This document shows, in pieces, positions 12,766-26,304 of a DNA stretch of 64,000 nt. The stretch is from Psilocybe cubensis (Eukaryota). Position numbers and translations under genes: made by a program. Within the stretch, counting starts at the first letter, position 1, and every line of letters starts with the position of its first letter. The DNA lies in the NCBI GenBank assembly GCA_017499595.2, contig CM039005.1:124001-188000 (forward strand). The letters are read 5' to 3'. The notes below the pieces were generated by a model, which ran no database searches, was not told where the DNA came from, and saw only the letters and a program-made list of their open reading frames with translations.

Positions 12766-15443
12766 GATAGTGGAACTGGGGGAAAAAGCTCAACTTCGGC
12801 ACATGTTATTTATATACATGCCTTTGCTCCTTCGTCAATAGAATTGTCTTCAGGGTGCACTGACCGCAACTCGGCGTGCCTAGTATCTGAGGAACCATAT
12901 GCACCGTCGGCTTAGGCAAGATGCGCTACCCCATCTGGAGCATGCTTTCCGATCAATCAGCGAACCTTAAGATGCCCTCATACGAACTGTCACCCAGTGG
13001 CTCTGTTGTCGTCCCGTCTATGGTAAACATGACCCGCTCCAAGCTCATTCTGAGCTCTAAAGCGAAGATACCGTGCTTCGCTTTACCACTCGCTACCTAA
13101 TGAATGCGTCATCTCTGGCAGCATGGTAGGAGCAAGAAGGAGACGGCGATTGAGCCTGAGGGTAGGACTCAGCCGAGCCGAAAGTATGCAGCATGCCATA
13201 AAGAATTAACGATATCCGCGTTCCGAGCCCCGTGGTTCAGCACAAGTCCATCGGGTGGAAAAACACCGGCCAAAAAGGCATGATGTGGGAAAATGCGGGG
13301 AACAGGTCTACATCGAGGCAATGAGGGTCCGGATGCCTGTTTCACTTAGTCGAATTGACTGCATCTCAGTTTTCTGCAAATCACAGATGATCAGCGGCGC
13401 GTGGGGGATCCTGTGCAGTATCCATGAGTAGGGACCTATAGTCTTTGTAAATGTACCACTCTAAAGTCTATTGCTTTAGTGAGATCGGAAGGCTATACCC
13501 CGTATAGCCATCGCGTTCAGGTCCCCGCAGCGTGCTTGACCGGCTAGTCGAAGAATTACAAAGTGAGTCGCGTCAGAACCTCTCTTGACCCTCCCACTAC
13601 TCTTCTACCGCCATCTACTGAAATAAACTGTATAAACTGAAAATTTCATGACATCGAGTAGTCGGCGATAACGGAATTAGTGAAATACAGAGTGACACGC
13701 TATGCGTATGTTCAAATTTCTTCGTCAATTTATGGTCTAGTGCCAGAGAACCAGCACAATTCTTGAGAAAACATGAACACGTTGACAGTAAGCCGAGTCA
13801 CTGTGTGTATGCCGCATAGGTGATATATCCAAACGAAGTAGTAGACTGCAGTTAATGGTAAATTACCTAGTGTATCCTATACGACATTGATCATAATCGG
13901 AAGTTAGTCACACAATGAAGTACCCTGATGCGGATCTAGTATCTTCGGGGTACTTTACTCTGGCAGCGCTCCAGCAGAAGTGAAAGGTGCTCATGTTATC
14001 TTTAGACTACAACTGTATAAAATATTTCCCTATAGTTAAATTATGGTCTAAAGATCAGTTGAGTGTTCAATGCTTAAATTCTTAAACAGATGCACACTCT
14101 TTTCCATCTTGAGTTTCTGTACATGTCGCAATTCTCATCATGGCACTCGTTTGGAATGGTTGAATGAAAACAATGCTCAATATTTTTTCTTGAATTGCTT
14201 TGAATTTGCTTGAACAGTGACCTCAAAACCCTTTCAAACAAAATAAACCTGAATTCTGAGAATTTAAATGTGACCATGCTGTTCTGATGAGATATATCCC
14301 GAAGTTGTTGTGCAAGTTGGAAAGAGTTGACTCGAATTGAAAGTGACCACATTATCTTATCTTATCTCCCTCGCCGGCACAGCCACAACATTAGGTAATC
14401 CCGTTAATTTAAACCCCGCTGTCTTGACGTTTCGTTCCGCTTCGTGGTTTCTTCCTATTCACAATCCAATCCTGACTTTATAAGTTGACTCTGTCTGTGT
14501 TCCTCCCCTTTTATAAGAACACAATGAGACGAGATGTTTCTAATGGAAATATCGTGGCTGAATCCTCGTTTGGACTGCTTCTGCCGTTACGAACATGGTT
14601 GTGCGCTGGCGTATAACGAAACGACTACCCCCCCTCTATCATTGGTCATTCTGCCGTTTGTTTTTCCGTGTTCCTCAAATACGTTCAGTCTAAATCGATA
14701 ATTCGGGTTTTATGACGTGAGTAACAACATAAATTTCGTTTTATTTCAATGTTGAGCGAATAACGACGTCTAGGTTCATACCTTCAGCTGTATCTATCTG
14801 AGCGTGGACGGAGTTGATCGATATCAAGTGGTCAAGTACTCGATCAACCATACCAGAACAAGTGTACTTTTGTGCAGTTTAACTTGACGCTATATGGCTA
14901 TGTGTGCTTCGCAATTCGCCAATTGGACGATGTCATAGGTTCAACCCTTCAAACATCATCACTGTCGCAACATATACGAAGTCGAATGTATGTTGCACAG
15001 GGCATTCCTGATGCTCCGGACACCACTTGACGTCGACTGCCACCAGTCTCTGAATACCAACCGGCCCGTCCCATATAAAGTAGCAGGTTGTTGGTTGCTC
15101 TTCTCCGATGCTTCAAAACCTTCAAAGCCTCGGTTGTCAATCTTAACTCATTCCATGGAGTCCAGGGTAGACATCTGACGCCCCGTGCTACTGGCATGTA
15201 CTTCTATTCTCAAGATATAGTTCTCTCTATATATCACTCACCGTCCTAAAGTTATCTCACCTTCAATCCGATCTGCGGCTCGCACACGTCCATGTGATCA
15301 ATACATCTCCACTGTTCAACACGTACGATACACCATCGAAGGACACGTCTACGGGCCGCTCAAGGGATCTCCTATGACAATCCAATAGATGCATTGTTCA
15401 GCAAATAAAAGCATTGCACAATGTCTCGAATCACCAAGTCTCA

Positions 15444-16640
15444 ATGTTTCAATACCTCGTACCATTTTTGCTTCTAGCAGTGCCTACTCTTGCGCTTCCC
15501 GCTCCAGGCGCATGTACCACTCTCCCTGAAAACATCGATTTCACGACAAACCCCGCCCTCCCAAATCCCTTCGCGTTTCTCGATGGTACACCCGTCGTAA
15601 CACCTGAACAGTGGGCCTGCCGCCGCGAGGAGATTGGCCAACTATTCCAGCGTTTCGAACTTGGTACTCTCCCACCTAGGCCAGAACAAGTTTCTGGATC
15701 TTTCTCCAACGGTGTCCTCACCGTCAACGCAACCGAGGCCGGGAAATCCATTTCCTTCACTGTCCCCATCACCCCACCCAAGAACCTGACACTGGCGGGT
15801 AAAGGTCCTTTCCCCGCTGTCATCGCCGTCGGTGGAGCTAGCGTCCCCATTCCATCAGACGTTGCTCTCATCAACTTCAACAATAACGATATCGCTCTCC
15901 AGAACGATCAGAGCAGCCGAGGAGTAGGCAAATTCTTCACCCTTTACGGCTCAAACCACTCTGCGGGTGCCCTCATCGCGTGGACGTGGGGTATCGGACG
16001 CATCATCGACGTGTTGGAGACCACACCGGGCCACAACATTGACGTGAAACGGCTTGGAGTTACTGGATGCAGTCGTAACGGCAAAGGCGCGTACGTCGCT
16101 GGTGCCTTCGAGGAGCGAATCGCGCTCACGCTGGTTCAGGAGTCTGGGTCTGGCGGCGCAGGGTGCTGGCGCATCTCCGACGACATGCTCAACAAACAGA
16201 ACATCACCACGCAGACTGCATCCGAGATTGTCCAGGAGAACGTTTGGTTCTCTCCTAACTTCAATCCATTCGTGAATGAGGTCACGGTCCTCCCATTTGA
16301 CCACCACATGCTCGCTGGCCTCGTCGCTCCCCGCGGGCTGCTAGTGATCGACAACACCGGCATCGACTGGCTCGGTCCCGAGTCGGTGTGGGGATGCCAG
16401 ACAACTGGACACCTCATCTACGAAGCACTCGGGATCCCTAGCTCAATGGGAATCACTCAGGAGGGTAACCACGACCACTGTGCACTTCCCGCAGACGAAG
16501 CACCCGACGTTTCCGCATTCATCAGCCGATTCCTCAAGGGCCAGAATGTGAATACCACTGTTTTCGACACTGATGGGCCGAACAATGTTGGCTTTGTTCC
16601 ATCCACCTACATCAATTGGAATGTTCCCAAACTTCATTGA
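15444..16640 (+). CDS. 4-O-methyl-glucuronoyl methylesterase (glucuronoyl esterase, CAZy CE15), secreted, no CBM1
   Basis: Signal peptide MFQYLVPFLLLAVPTLA. Family motifs GVTGCSRNGKGA (catalytic Ser), QESGSGGAGCWR, LPFDHH, NHDHC. Single uninterrupted ORF. Confidence 0.95.
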   Translation: MFQYLVPFLLLAVPTLALPAPGACTTLPENIDFTTNPALPNPFAFLDGTPVVTPEQWACRREEIGQLFQRFELGTLPPRPEQVSGSFSNGVLTVNATEAGKSISFTVPITPPKNLTLAGKGPFPAVIAVGGASVPIPSDVALINFNNNDIALQNDQSSRGVGKFFTLYGSNHSAGALIAWTWGIGRIIDVLETTPGHNIDVKRLGVTGCSRNGKGAYVAGAFEERIALTLVQESGSGGAGCWRISDDMLNKQNITTQTASEIVQENVWFSPNFNPFVNEVTVLPFDHHMLAGLVAPRGLLVIDNTGIDWLGPESVWGCQTTGHLIYEALGIPSSMGITQEGNHDHCALPADEAPDVSAFISRFLKGQNVNTTVFDTDGPNNVGFVPSTYINWNVPKLH

Positions 16641-17064
16641 CGCGTACGCATTTGTAACTAGGCTTGTGTAGCAGAGTCGTGCATGTTTGATTTACTTTCT
16701 TCAAGAAAAAAATCTGAACGCATTTGGTTCGTATGTAGGTTGCTCCAATGCTTGACATGAGGCCCGACATAATCATATTGTATTGACCATTAGATCCCTA
16801 AGTGGGCCTGTGTCATGGCCTCAGAAATTTTTATCATTTTTCGAAGCTTCTAATATGTTCTCTTTTGAAAATGGTAATCAAGGCACTACCCATCAACAGT
16901 GCCAACACCGCATGCGTCAGTGTAAACAAACTGAGTGCCATTACTAAACTCACTATATAATATAGCTCTTCAACGGGGCATTTTATTCCCAATCACTCCG
17001 TCCCTCCTCAAAAATTATTTTATCTTACTCTGCGGGCTAACCCATATTGTTACTTGTTTCTATC

Positions 17065-18216
17065 ATGAATAGATTTGGTACGCCAACTCGAAGGCACTGC
17101 TCATCGCAGATGAGACCTAAAAGTCCACACTGGGATAGCCCAAACTCTCCGACAAAGCGTCCCGCTGCCTTTTACGGCAACAGCGTCGACTACAGAGGCA
17201 ATCCTTCATCTAGCAGGCTTCCATCGCAGGTTGATCTTCTCCTCTCAACGCCATCTCGAAGGTCCCAATATCCAAATAATACTGCTGTGTTCTCTGAGGC
17301 ATCCCTGAACATTGAAGAATGTCGTGAAGAAGTAGGAAAAATGATGAACTTGATGTCCACCGCTCATACACGCCTTGAAAATCTTCCGTATGGCCAACCA
17401 CAAAGCTGGATTCAGTACTGGAAAGATGAACGTGCAGCTGCTCTTGTCGCTATTCGTCGGATGCTTGGAAATATGAACAAATCAAACAATATGACCCCCG
17501 CTGAGTACTTTCTCCAGGAGTTCTGGCGCGATCCAGAGAACGGTGTCGCACTTGTCTTGCCCACTGTCGCATACACTGATGCATGCAACAAAGGCATCGG
17601 ATTCTTCATGCCAGCGCCAGGCGGCCACCAGCAGGCTCTGGGGCTGGCCTGGTCCTGGAAGACAGGAAAGAACTACATAATTCCGCGCATATTGGACGGG
17701 TCAGTATATGCCTCATGGGGAGAGTTGATCGCAGTGGAGATCACACTTGAAACTCTGCTGACTCTTCATCAGTACGAATCCATCCAATCCCGGAGATACC
17801 CTCCCGATCCCCCTTGTTTTGTCATTCTTTCAGATAACCAAGATGTAGTCACCTCCCTCTCAAGCCAAAACAGGTGGGTTGATCGACGAGCCGTCTTTTT
17901 GGAGGAGCTCGATTCTGTTGTGGGCAGGATTGGGAAAACATGCTTAGATCATAATGTGCAATTGCACGTTCGTTGGATTCGCGGAAGCAACAACTACGCA
18001 GACCCATGGTCGCGCATGGAGTTCTCCAAAGAAAACGCTGACTCTATGGAGGAGTGGCACGAAAAGATAAAGATGAAACTGTTTGATCACGGAATTACTG
18101 TGCCAGCCGTCCCGTATCATCACCGTCTGCTTCTAGAACCTTGCTGGTTCAAACACCGTACCCAATCCTTCCGTGGGTCTCCCCGGAAGAGCACCCGGTC
18201 CTTCCATCCGTATTAA
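17065..18216 (+). CDS. RNase H-fold protein resembling the DIRS/Ngaro retroelement RNase HI domain, with a low-complexity N-terminus
   Basis: YTDAC..GIGFF, WGELIAV, ILSDNQDVV and VRWIRGSNNYADPWSR give the D-E-D-D pattern. TATA-like CTATATAA at about 16953; intronless. Confidence 0.7.
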   Translation: MNRFGTPTRRHCSSQMRPKSPHWDSPNSPTKRPAAFYGNSVDYRGNPSSSRLPSQVDLLLSTPSRRSQYPNNTAVFSEASLNIEECREEVGKMMNLMSTAHTRLENLPYGQPQSWIQYWKDERAAALVAIRRMLGNMNKSNNMTPAEYFLQEFWRDPENGVALVLPTVAYTDACNKGIGFFMPAPGGHQQALGLAWSWKTGKNYIIPRILDGSVYASWGELIAVEITLETLLTLHQYESIQSRRYPPDPPCFVILSDNQDVVTSLSSQNRWVDRRAVFLEELDSVVGRIGKTCLDHNVQLHVRWIRGSNNYADPWSRMEFSKENADSMEEWHEKIKMKLFDHGITVPAVPYHHRLLLEPCWFKHRTQSFRGSPRKSTRSFHPY

Positions 18217-18936
18217 ATCTGGCCGCAAATAATGCTTAGAATGATGTTACTACACGCTCGTTATATTGTCTATATATTCTTATATTGTTACAGGTTAGGT
18301 TAAGTTAGGTTTTAGGTGGGTTAACCGCCGATAAGTAAGTTTGCGATTTCATAGCCGTCAGTCCAAATGGTTCTTCATCTCCAATGCCATCGGCCCGAGA
18401 AGCTCTTAAACTCTGGGTGGCCGTTGAGCAGCGTCATGGCGTCAAAAGCAACAGGAACGTTTACGTGATTTTCGCGATGCCATCTTGATCAATGTGCTCT
18501 TGTGAACGAATATCACTCATTTCAGTATCTAGTTCAGCTGAAGGAAATATCGATCAATAATTAGACTACGATAGGTAATTTGAACGTAACGGACCTTCAT
18601 ATGACCAGTCCACGCTGTCATTGACAAGATAGAAGCACTGGATGGAAGCTCAAGAGTAAATGGGCGCCTACTCCACGGAAACTTGTAATGGTGATTTAAA
18701 TACCGTTTTCGCTACAGCATATATATCCCTTTACAATTCTTCTTCCATTGACACACCAGACATGTATTAAGTTAAACTTCTCACCTTCTATATTAACATC
18801 CGATTACTCATTGTGAGCGAAAAAATCGATACGACTATTGAGCCCACACTGATGAAAGCGAAAGCTGTCTGTGTTATTTAATGTGAGATACAGGTTTTTC
18901 ATCATCCAAAAGCACCCCACGATCTATTTGCTCTCA

Positions 18937-20102
18937 ATGGATACTGGTTCCCCCCGCTCCCGTCCTCACGAACAAGAATGCGAAAGGGAACTTGTTCGAT
19001 TATTGGTAGAACACGGCGCTACAGATCTTGAACGCTTGATTATCCTGCAAGACAAGGTAAGTCCTCCCGCAGCTACTCATTCACCCATCAACGAGAACTT
19101 ATGGTACATCCGCAGGGATGGAATGATACCACTACAGAACTTCATTTTCGCAAACAGCGCCACACTTCTGATACCTGCTCGCCCAAGCTCAACCTCATCT
19201 GGTTTAAGAGAATGAAAATTCTGTTTCGAGAGATAGATAGTAATGTTGATGTCGTTTCCTTTACCCAGGATTTGGTCTTCCTCGACTTGGGGTATCTATG
19301 TTTCGATCGCATTTTAGCAGGAATACATGGACTAACTGATCCTTTACCCAGGTGCTCTCCTGGTGGATTCTCCTCGTACATTTTAGAGAACAATCCCAAC
19401 GCCATTGGTACAGGTGTATCCCTACCTGTAGAAGAGGGCGGACATGAGTTTTTACTGGAAAGTGACTACCTCACGCGGTTCCACTTGCTCTCAGCCAACC
19501 TCACCTACTTCGAGCTTGGTCCACACTGCAACGACACAGTTGAGCTCCATCGTCTGCCGATGTACATGTCGGTACCAGTTTTCGATCTTGTACTGTTGGA
19601 CGGACACCAACTACGCACCCAGACGACCTCCGTCCCGTGGGATCGTGACAGGCTTCTGATCTCCCAGGTGATAATAGGGTTAAAGTCAGTCAGACAAGGT
19701 GGTACGCTCGTCGTTAAACTTCCTCTACCGCATCGCCATATTGCTGCACGGATCATCTTCCTCCTCCGCATCTTATCAAACGAGCTGGTAGGATGGAAGC
19801 CACTTTGCATGCATGCCAACCGCGGTCAGTTCTACGCTGTTGCGAAAGGCGTTGGCGAAGGAAAGTCGGGTGGAAATTTACAGAATTATGTTGAAAAACT
19901 AGGCTTATTATGGTCCGCGTTGACATTTGGAGGGGAGGATAACGTGGGGAGAGCCATGGTTCCAGAGGATTTAGACTTTATTATATCGATGAACGATCTC
20001 AGGGACCATCACCTGGAGTGGTTGTTGGAATACGGTAAAGCATTCTGGAAAGTTCAGGCAAATGCTATGGAAAGGTTCTACTTGAAGAAAGGTATATACT
20101 AG
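18937..20102 (+). CDS. FtsJ/RrmJ-like SAM-dependent methyltransferase domain protein
   Basis: Spliced SAM motif FLDLG|CSPGGFSSYIL, plus FDLVLLDG and GGTLVVKL. Predicted introns about 19057-19114 and 19292-19351. Confidence 0.8.
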
Positions 20103-20269
20103 CATATGTATACCTTATTCAACCATTTGTACCTGAAGGGCTGTGGCAGTGATATTGTAAAAATTAAAATGCGCGAATAATAGCTTGGAGCTCTGGTGAT
20201 ATATTGGGATGTCGCGTCGCGACATGGTGAAATGGGGGATGACAGGGCAGGCCGAGCTTATATACGCAA

Positions 20270-21960
20270 GCTGATAAGATTTCTCTGATTACCCACGGAT
20301 GTGCACACAAAAACGTAACCACACAGAGTTGGATCTTGTTATCTGTTGTCTAAGATATTATCAGGCTTTTTGACACTGTAACAAATCCGTACTTTTGCCG
20401 ATGATGAAGATTCGAGTCAACACCCAGTCCTTTAAAACACCCTTTAGTGAGCTCACTACGATCTACAATCATTTGGGATATAGGTCTGATATGTGTGATC
20501 AAACGAGGTCACTTCATTGCTGGAAATGAGGTTGACTGGGGGCGACTTCAAGACTGAAACGTGCATTGTTCAAGGATGTATACTCAGATCACAGTGGTAA
20601 GTGCGCGCTGTGGTGTCCTGCTCCGGTTAAAGAACAATTATGCATGTGAGTCGATTATCAGATGTTGGTCATATCAACACGTTGTTAGACAAATCAGAGC
20701 CCAGTTGTTCGGATTAAGAGATGGAGCCTGGGATTTTCCATACACACATTAGAGTGCCATTGTTCCCTTTCGACAGATTATTCCTCCCCTCTTCCATTAC
20801 CCGTCAACCGCTCAAGGTCCAAATCATGCCATATTTCTTCAATTTGTCTGATTCAGAAAGCATGGGAGTTACTGCCCGCAACACAGCACCCGATGCCGTC
20901 GACGGTACTTCCTATCTTCTGGATAACGGGACAAGTAAGTTTGTTCAACTATTAACCTAATAACCATTACCAATCTTGTCATTCCCAGACCTAATGCTTG
21001 ACCAGCATACGGCGCCCGTCGAAAACGCGGATGGCAATAAGTTGTCAGTCTTACCAGTACATTCACAACTTATTTCGCTTAAAAGACCATGATTTTCAGG
21101 TCATCTTTCCTATCTCCCCACATAGAGGGTTGCGCTGATGCAGCCCAACATCAGGGCTTATTTTCCGACAATGCTCGGCCATGGTTCGAGTTGGGTGAGG
21201 ATTCCAACACCCATCATCCATCAACATCTTTGTCCACAGAAAGAGAGGAGAAAAAAAGGTGTACAAGTGAATCTATCAACGATGGACGCGAAGAACTCCG
21301 CTCCAGGCTCACAAACGAGCTTGTAGAGCGACAAGACGTCAACGAAGCCCAAAGGAATGATGGAGGGTATGCCGTTTTTTCCTCCACTCTATGAAGTAGA
21401 CATTGACATTGCGTTATCATATGCAGATACGGCGGGCGGAGAGAGATAGGGCCCAGCCAAACAATTGGAAGGTATGGTCAGCAGCAATGACTTCAAGGCT
21501 GCGAGCTCACGAGGAAAATGTTCGTTCTAGGGGTGAAAGCGCGCCTCGAATCGAAGAGACGACGCGATGAGTTGGACTCAGAAGGCTATCGCCGATACAA
21601 GAAGCCCAGGACGACAGAGTCCCCAGATTCCGCGTGTGGTCTCGGACAACAGAGGTACTGGGCATTCCGCATCGTCCAGATAAGATTGCAACTTACGTGC
21701 TGTAGTTATTAAAGGATTGGGAGCCCCGAAGTATCCAAAAGAAAGGGTCTATGGGATGCAAAAATTCAAAGGCAGCTCAGTGACGGGGTATCGGTGGAAC
21801 CAATCGTCTACGATAGTCTGTAGGCAGTAGGGTACGTCGTCGACGGTAGTGAAAGCCCATTTTTTTATCTTATCAGTCTCGCTCATCGATGGGCGGCATT
21901 AATTTCTCACGGTAAATTCCGGCGCATCAATGTTCTTATTAAAAGCAAAGTTGCTTGTCT
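20270..21960 (+). pseudogene. Internally deleted tandem duplicate (copy A) of the gene at 22749-24672
   Basis: Colinear similarity with about 22203-24870 (e.g. CTGATAAGAT.TCTCTGATT..CCACGGATGTGCACAC; GATACGGCGGGCGGAGAGAGATAGGGCCCAGCC). Lacks about 22775-23512 and part of about 24310-24550. Confidence 0.7.
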
Positions 21961-22748
21961 TAATTATACGTGGATTTTTTCCTGTAATCCTCTTCATGAT
22001 TCCATTTCTCGGATCTTTGTGGCATTCAGAAAGCAACACTTTCCTTTAAAATGGTCATTTATTGCCACTTTATTGCCACAATTATTGACATTTGTCCTTT
22101 CTGACCTTTTGACTACTGCGACGAACAATGTCCCAGGAATCAACAGTGAAAAAAAATATTGTCTTCCAGCCATTACTCCCAGGTTACTGCTTACATGCGC
22201 AAACTGATAAGATCTCTCTGATTCCCCACGGATGTGCACACAACAACGTAACCACACAGCATTGGGTGTCGTTATCAGATGTCGAAGATATTCTCAGGCC
22301 TTTTGACAGCGTGACAAATTTATACTTTTGCCGACGACGAAGATTCGAGTCAGTGCCCAGTTCTTGAAAACACCCTGTAGACCGATTTTCAGTAGTTAAA
22401 AGATAACGGTGCGAGTTAATCAATTAAACAAAATCACATCGTTGTTCGCTTGAGGTTGAGTGAACGAGACTTCAGACCCTTATCATGCGCCTTGTTCAAG
22501 GTCAGTGTAAACTCAGAGCGCAGTCTTGCATATACGTCCTGTGCACCGGTAAAGAAGACTCTGGCATGGGAATCGATCATCAAATCTTCGTAATACTTAC
22601 ACGTTGTAAGCGTAAGCCATAGCCCAGTTCACCGGATTAAGAGCTGGAGCCTGGGACTTTCTACACACATATTTGAGTACCATTGTTCCCTTTCGACAGA
22701 TTATTCCTCCCCTCTTCCACCATTCGTCAACCACTCAACGTCCTAATT

Positions 22749-24672
22749 ATGCCATATTCCAACTTCAATTTGTCTGACCTGCAAGACTACGTGCCACATA
22801 ACCCATGCGATGACAACCGCGACCTTGTTGCATTGAGTGGCGCCTCGTATGCAGCCGGAGACAGTAATCCCGTCGAGGCCATCAATGCATCTCTTCCTGA
22901 CCCGACTTTTCAATTCTGTGCGGATGTGTTGCGCAGTATATCGCGACTTTTTCCTGGCCTACCCGCCTACCATGAAATAAAAGATGAAAGAGGGGCTCCC
23001 ATTGATAAGATCGACGTACAAGCTCTATCCAAGAATGGCGAGAGCTCGAGACATCAGGATAATCACCAGCCAATCCCTGGTGAAATCGAGGATTCACACC
23101 ACCGTCATACTGTATATGCCACTTCTTTGGCATATAACAGCAAGCAATATGAGGGACTATCCACCCCAGCGGTGGTACCTGTACACATGAGCTCCTTTCC
23201 GGTGCTAATGAATTGTCGGGATACGACTTCTTTAGGCAGTAGGCATGAACCGTCAGTCCTCAAATCCCATATGTGATATCCCGATTGACAACAATTTTCT
23301 CATTTAGATCAGCATCACCTTCAATACCGTCAATGGGACAGCCAGGTCTCTCTAATTGGCATCAAGGTCAATTCGACGAGCCGTTCCAGCCATCGATTGA
23401 CCGGAGTGTATGGCCGGAGCACGATATGGCGGGTGCGTCTTGTGGTGATTTGTTTTTTAAATATAATTACTCATTAATTTGTATACATACAGCACCATCC
23501 GCGCTTCACCTGGATTCAGAAAGGGCGGGTTTTCTTACCCACCCAACAGTACCCGATGCCTTCGACGGTACTTTGAGTCATCGGGATAACGGGAAGAGTA
23601 TGTTTGTTCAACTATAAGCCTAATGATAATTGCTACTCTCATCATTCGCAGACCTAATGGTTGACCAGCATACGGCGCCCGTCGAGAATGTCGATGGCAA
23701 TGAAATGTCAGTCTTACCAGCACATTCGCAACAGATTTCGCTGAAAGGACCTTTACTTTTAGGTCGTCTTCCCTATCTCCCCACATAGGGGGTCGCGCTG
23801 ATGCAGCCCAGCACCAAGTAATATTTTCCGACAATGCTTGGTCATGGGTCGAGTTGGGTGAGGGTCCAAACACCCATTATCCAACAACATCTTTCTCCTT
23901 ATTAAGAGAGGAGAAAGAGAATTGCACATCTACATCCATCAGGGATGGACACGAAGAACACCGCTCCAGGCTCACAAACGAGCCTGTAGAGCGACAATAC
24001 GTCGACAAAGCCCAAAAGAATGATGGAGGGTATGCCATTTTTTCCTCCTCTCTATGAAGTAGACATTGACATTGCGTTATCATATGCAGATACGGCGGGC
24101 GGAGAGAGATAGGGCCCAGCCAAACAATTGGAAGGTATGATCAACAGCAATGACTTCGAAGCTGCGAGCTCACGAGGAAAAATGTTTGTTCCAGTGGGGA
24201 AAGTGGATCTCGAAAGAGACAACACGAGGAGTCGGACTCGGAGATTGAGTCTGCTGGAGGCTCCCATAAGCCCAAAAAGTCCAAGGTGAAGGAGTCCCTG
24301 GACTCCGTACCAGGAGACCGAAGCACAGGGGTGCAGGGAGCCAGGGGGAAGCGCAGAAACCTGAACCCGAGGGCTCCAGCAATGATGAAGTCGTACGCAC
24401 ACGACTTAACGCCGTTGGCGACGTCGGAGGCCAAGCAAGGTGGGTTCATCCCATTCGTCGCCGCAGAGACAAAGGCGGCTAGCAAGGCGTTTGCTCACCA
24501 TCAAATGTCCGTCAACATGGAAAATATGACAATAGTGTAAGTGCTTTCTTGATTCCGCATCGCCCAGATAAGATAATGACTCATATGCCGTGATTTTCAA
24601 AGGACTGGTCGCCCCGATGCACCACAAAGAAAAGGTTCCAGGGGACGCCGGAAGTCGAAGGCCACTCAGTGA
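22749..24672 (+). CDS. Multi-exon hypothetical low-complexity protein (copy B)
   Basis: ATG 22749 MPYSNFNLSDLQDY..; several GT-AG introns link the ORF-track fragments. No recognisable domain; 3' end approximate. Confidence 0.45.
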
Positions 24673-25141
24673 TGTGGTATCGGAGGACACCATCGCGTAC
24701 GATAGTCAGTAGTCGGTAGGGCACATCGTCGACGGCGGTGGAATGCCATTTTTTTCGATCTCGCACTTTTTATCACTCCCACTCATCGATGAGCCGCGTT
24801 GATTTCTCACGGTGAGTTTCGGCAGCGATGTTCGCTGCAAAAATTACCCATTACTTATTCTTCGTGACTTTTTTCATTGATTATCTTCTTGATTCTGTTT
24901 TACCTATTGATGTGAAGCTATGAAAGTCCTTAAATTACCCCCCGAACGCCAGCTAGACATCACGATGCAGTATGCTGCCCTGAAGAAGTTTCTCAATCAC
25001 TTGATTATACAAGACGGTGAAATAAAAGTTGGAGTAAAGTAACAACGCTGAGGTACTATATTGATTTTAACTCGTAATTGTAAAGGCTGCCGAACAGTCG
25101 TCTTCAATCATGACTTGATAACTTTTTGAAGTCATGGGTAT

Positions 25142-26304
25142 CTAGTAACTCGTGGGAAATTGTTCACTGCTGATTTTCGTATTCATGATGTCCGCAATAG
25201 TGATACGTCCCACAAGAATTGTCGGGGATATTCCCTGGGTTAGGTTAGTTATGAGGTGAGATAAATAAAATTTCAACTCACTGCAGTAATTGGAAGCACT
25301 ACGGCCAAATAATATGTCAATTGGAAAAGTTTTGGAGCATTCAAGTCATTAAATGCTGGTATAACAGAGGTAATTCCATTCATTAGGATAATCAAGGTGT
25401 AGCCAACGGATGACTCGATTAAGAGAAGAATTATACGCCTAAAAACCTTTTTGCGGTAGGTACTGATTCCTCGTGTCGTCCAGTACATCTTATATCCAAT
25501 GAGCGAAGTCGTCAAAAAAGTGACCCCCAATGATATGAATGTAAAGGCGCCATTGACATTATTTACCAAGGCCGGGCTCTGTATCGTTCTGGAAGCCAGT
25601 ACAGTGTCAGCTATTACAAGGACTATATGAAAAGGATTTATTACTGATCTGACGTAAGAAGTATAAGACATACCAATTTCTACCGCAATGATTACCAGGG
25701 TTATGCAAAATACTCCAAGCTTTTGGTCCCATAAACGGTAGCATCTCCACAGCTGTTAAGAAAATACATATTGATTTTGTTCAAACACGTAGTGCATTTG
25801 AAAGGAAATGCACCCACCAGTAGACCATCAGCTACGATGATCGATGAATCGTTCACAAATTGAAGAAACAGACTGTTCTTTTTTGTGGGATTCATTAACA
25901 ATAAAAATGACAATGCTATGCTTTCTGCTTGAACAACAGACGAATTGGTCCGGTTCCACATGGTCATGACCGAGCAGAAGGAAAGCAAGTATAACAGTGA
26001 TACCACAATTAAAATATATCGTCGAATACCCTTTGCGGGTTGCTTGGTGTCTGAAGAATTTGTCATCCTTTCCAGTGTTCAAAACGATATTCAAAGGGCT
26101 TACAATATAGGTAGACAGTCACCAAAAACACCACAGTGTATACGCCTGTCTGAAATTGGTAGCAAGCTCTAGAGTGTGAATACATAGGAGATCACCTAAG
26201 AGGAAGCCCGCAAGCATCGTAGCATTTATGCCACTGGAGATGACAGCAACTTGCGAGTCTCGATGGATGGTAATGTTCATTTCGACAGGAGAAAACCCTT
26301 CCAT
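25142..26304 (-). CDS. Orphan 7-TM membrane protein, copy 2
   Basis: ..MNITIHRDSQVAVISSGINATMLAGFLLG|..VADGLL|LWRCYRLW..|..LLIESSVGY..|GISPTILVGRI. Same intron positions as copy 1. Confidence 0.8.

Noticed and set aside
13918-13956. Inverted repeat AAGTACCC..GGGTACTT
   Set aside because: An 8-bp stem is expected by chance; no supporting context.
18291-18322. TTAGG-like repeats downstream of the RNase H-like gene
   Set aside because: Short and degenerate, not tandem TTAGGG; insufficient for an interstitial telomere call.
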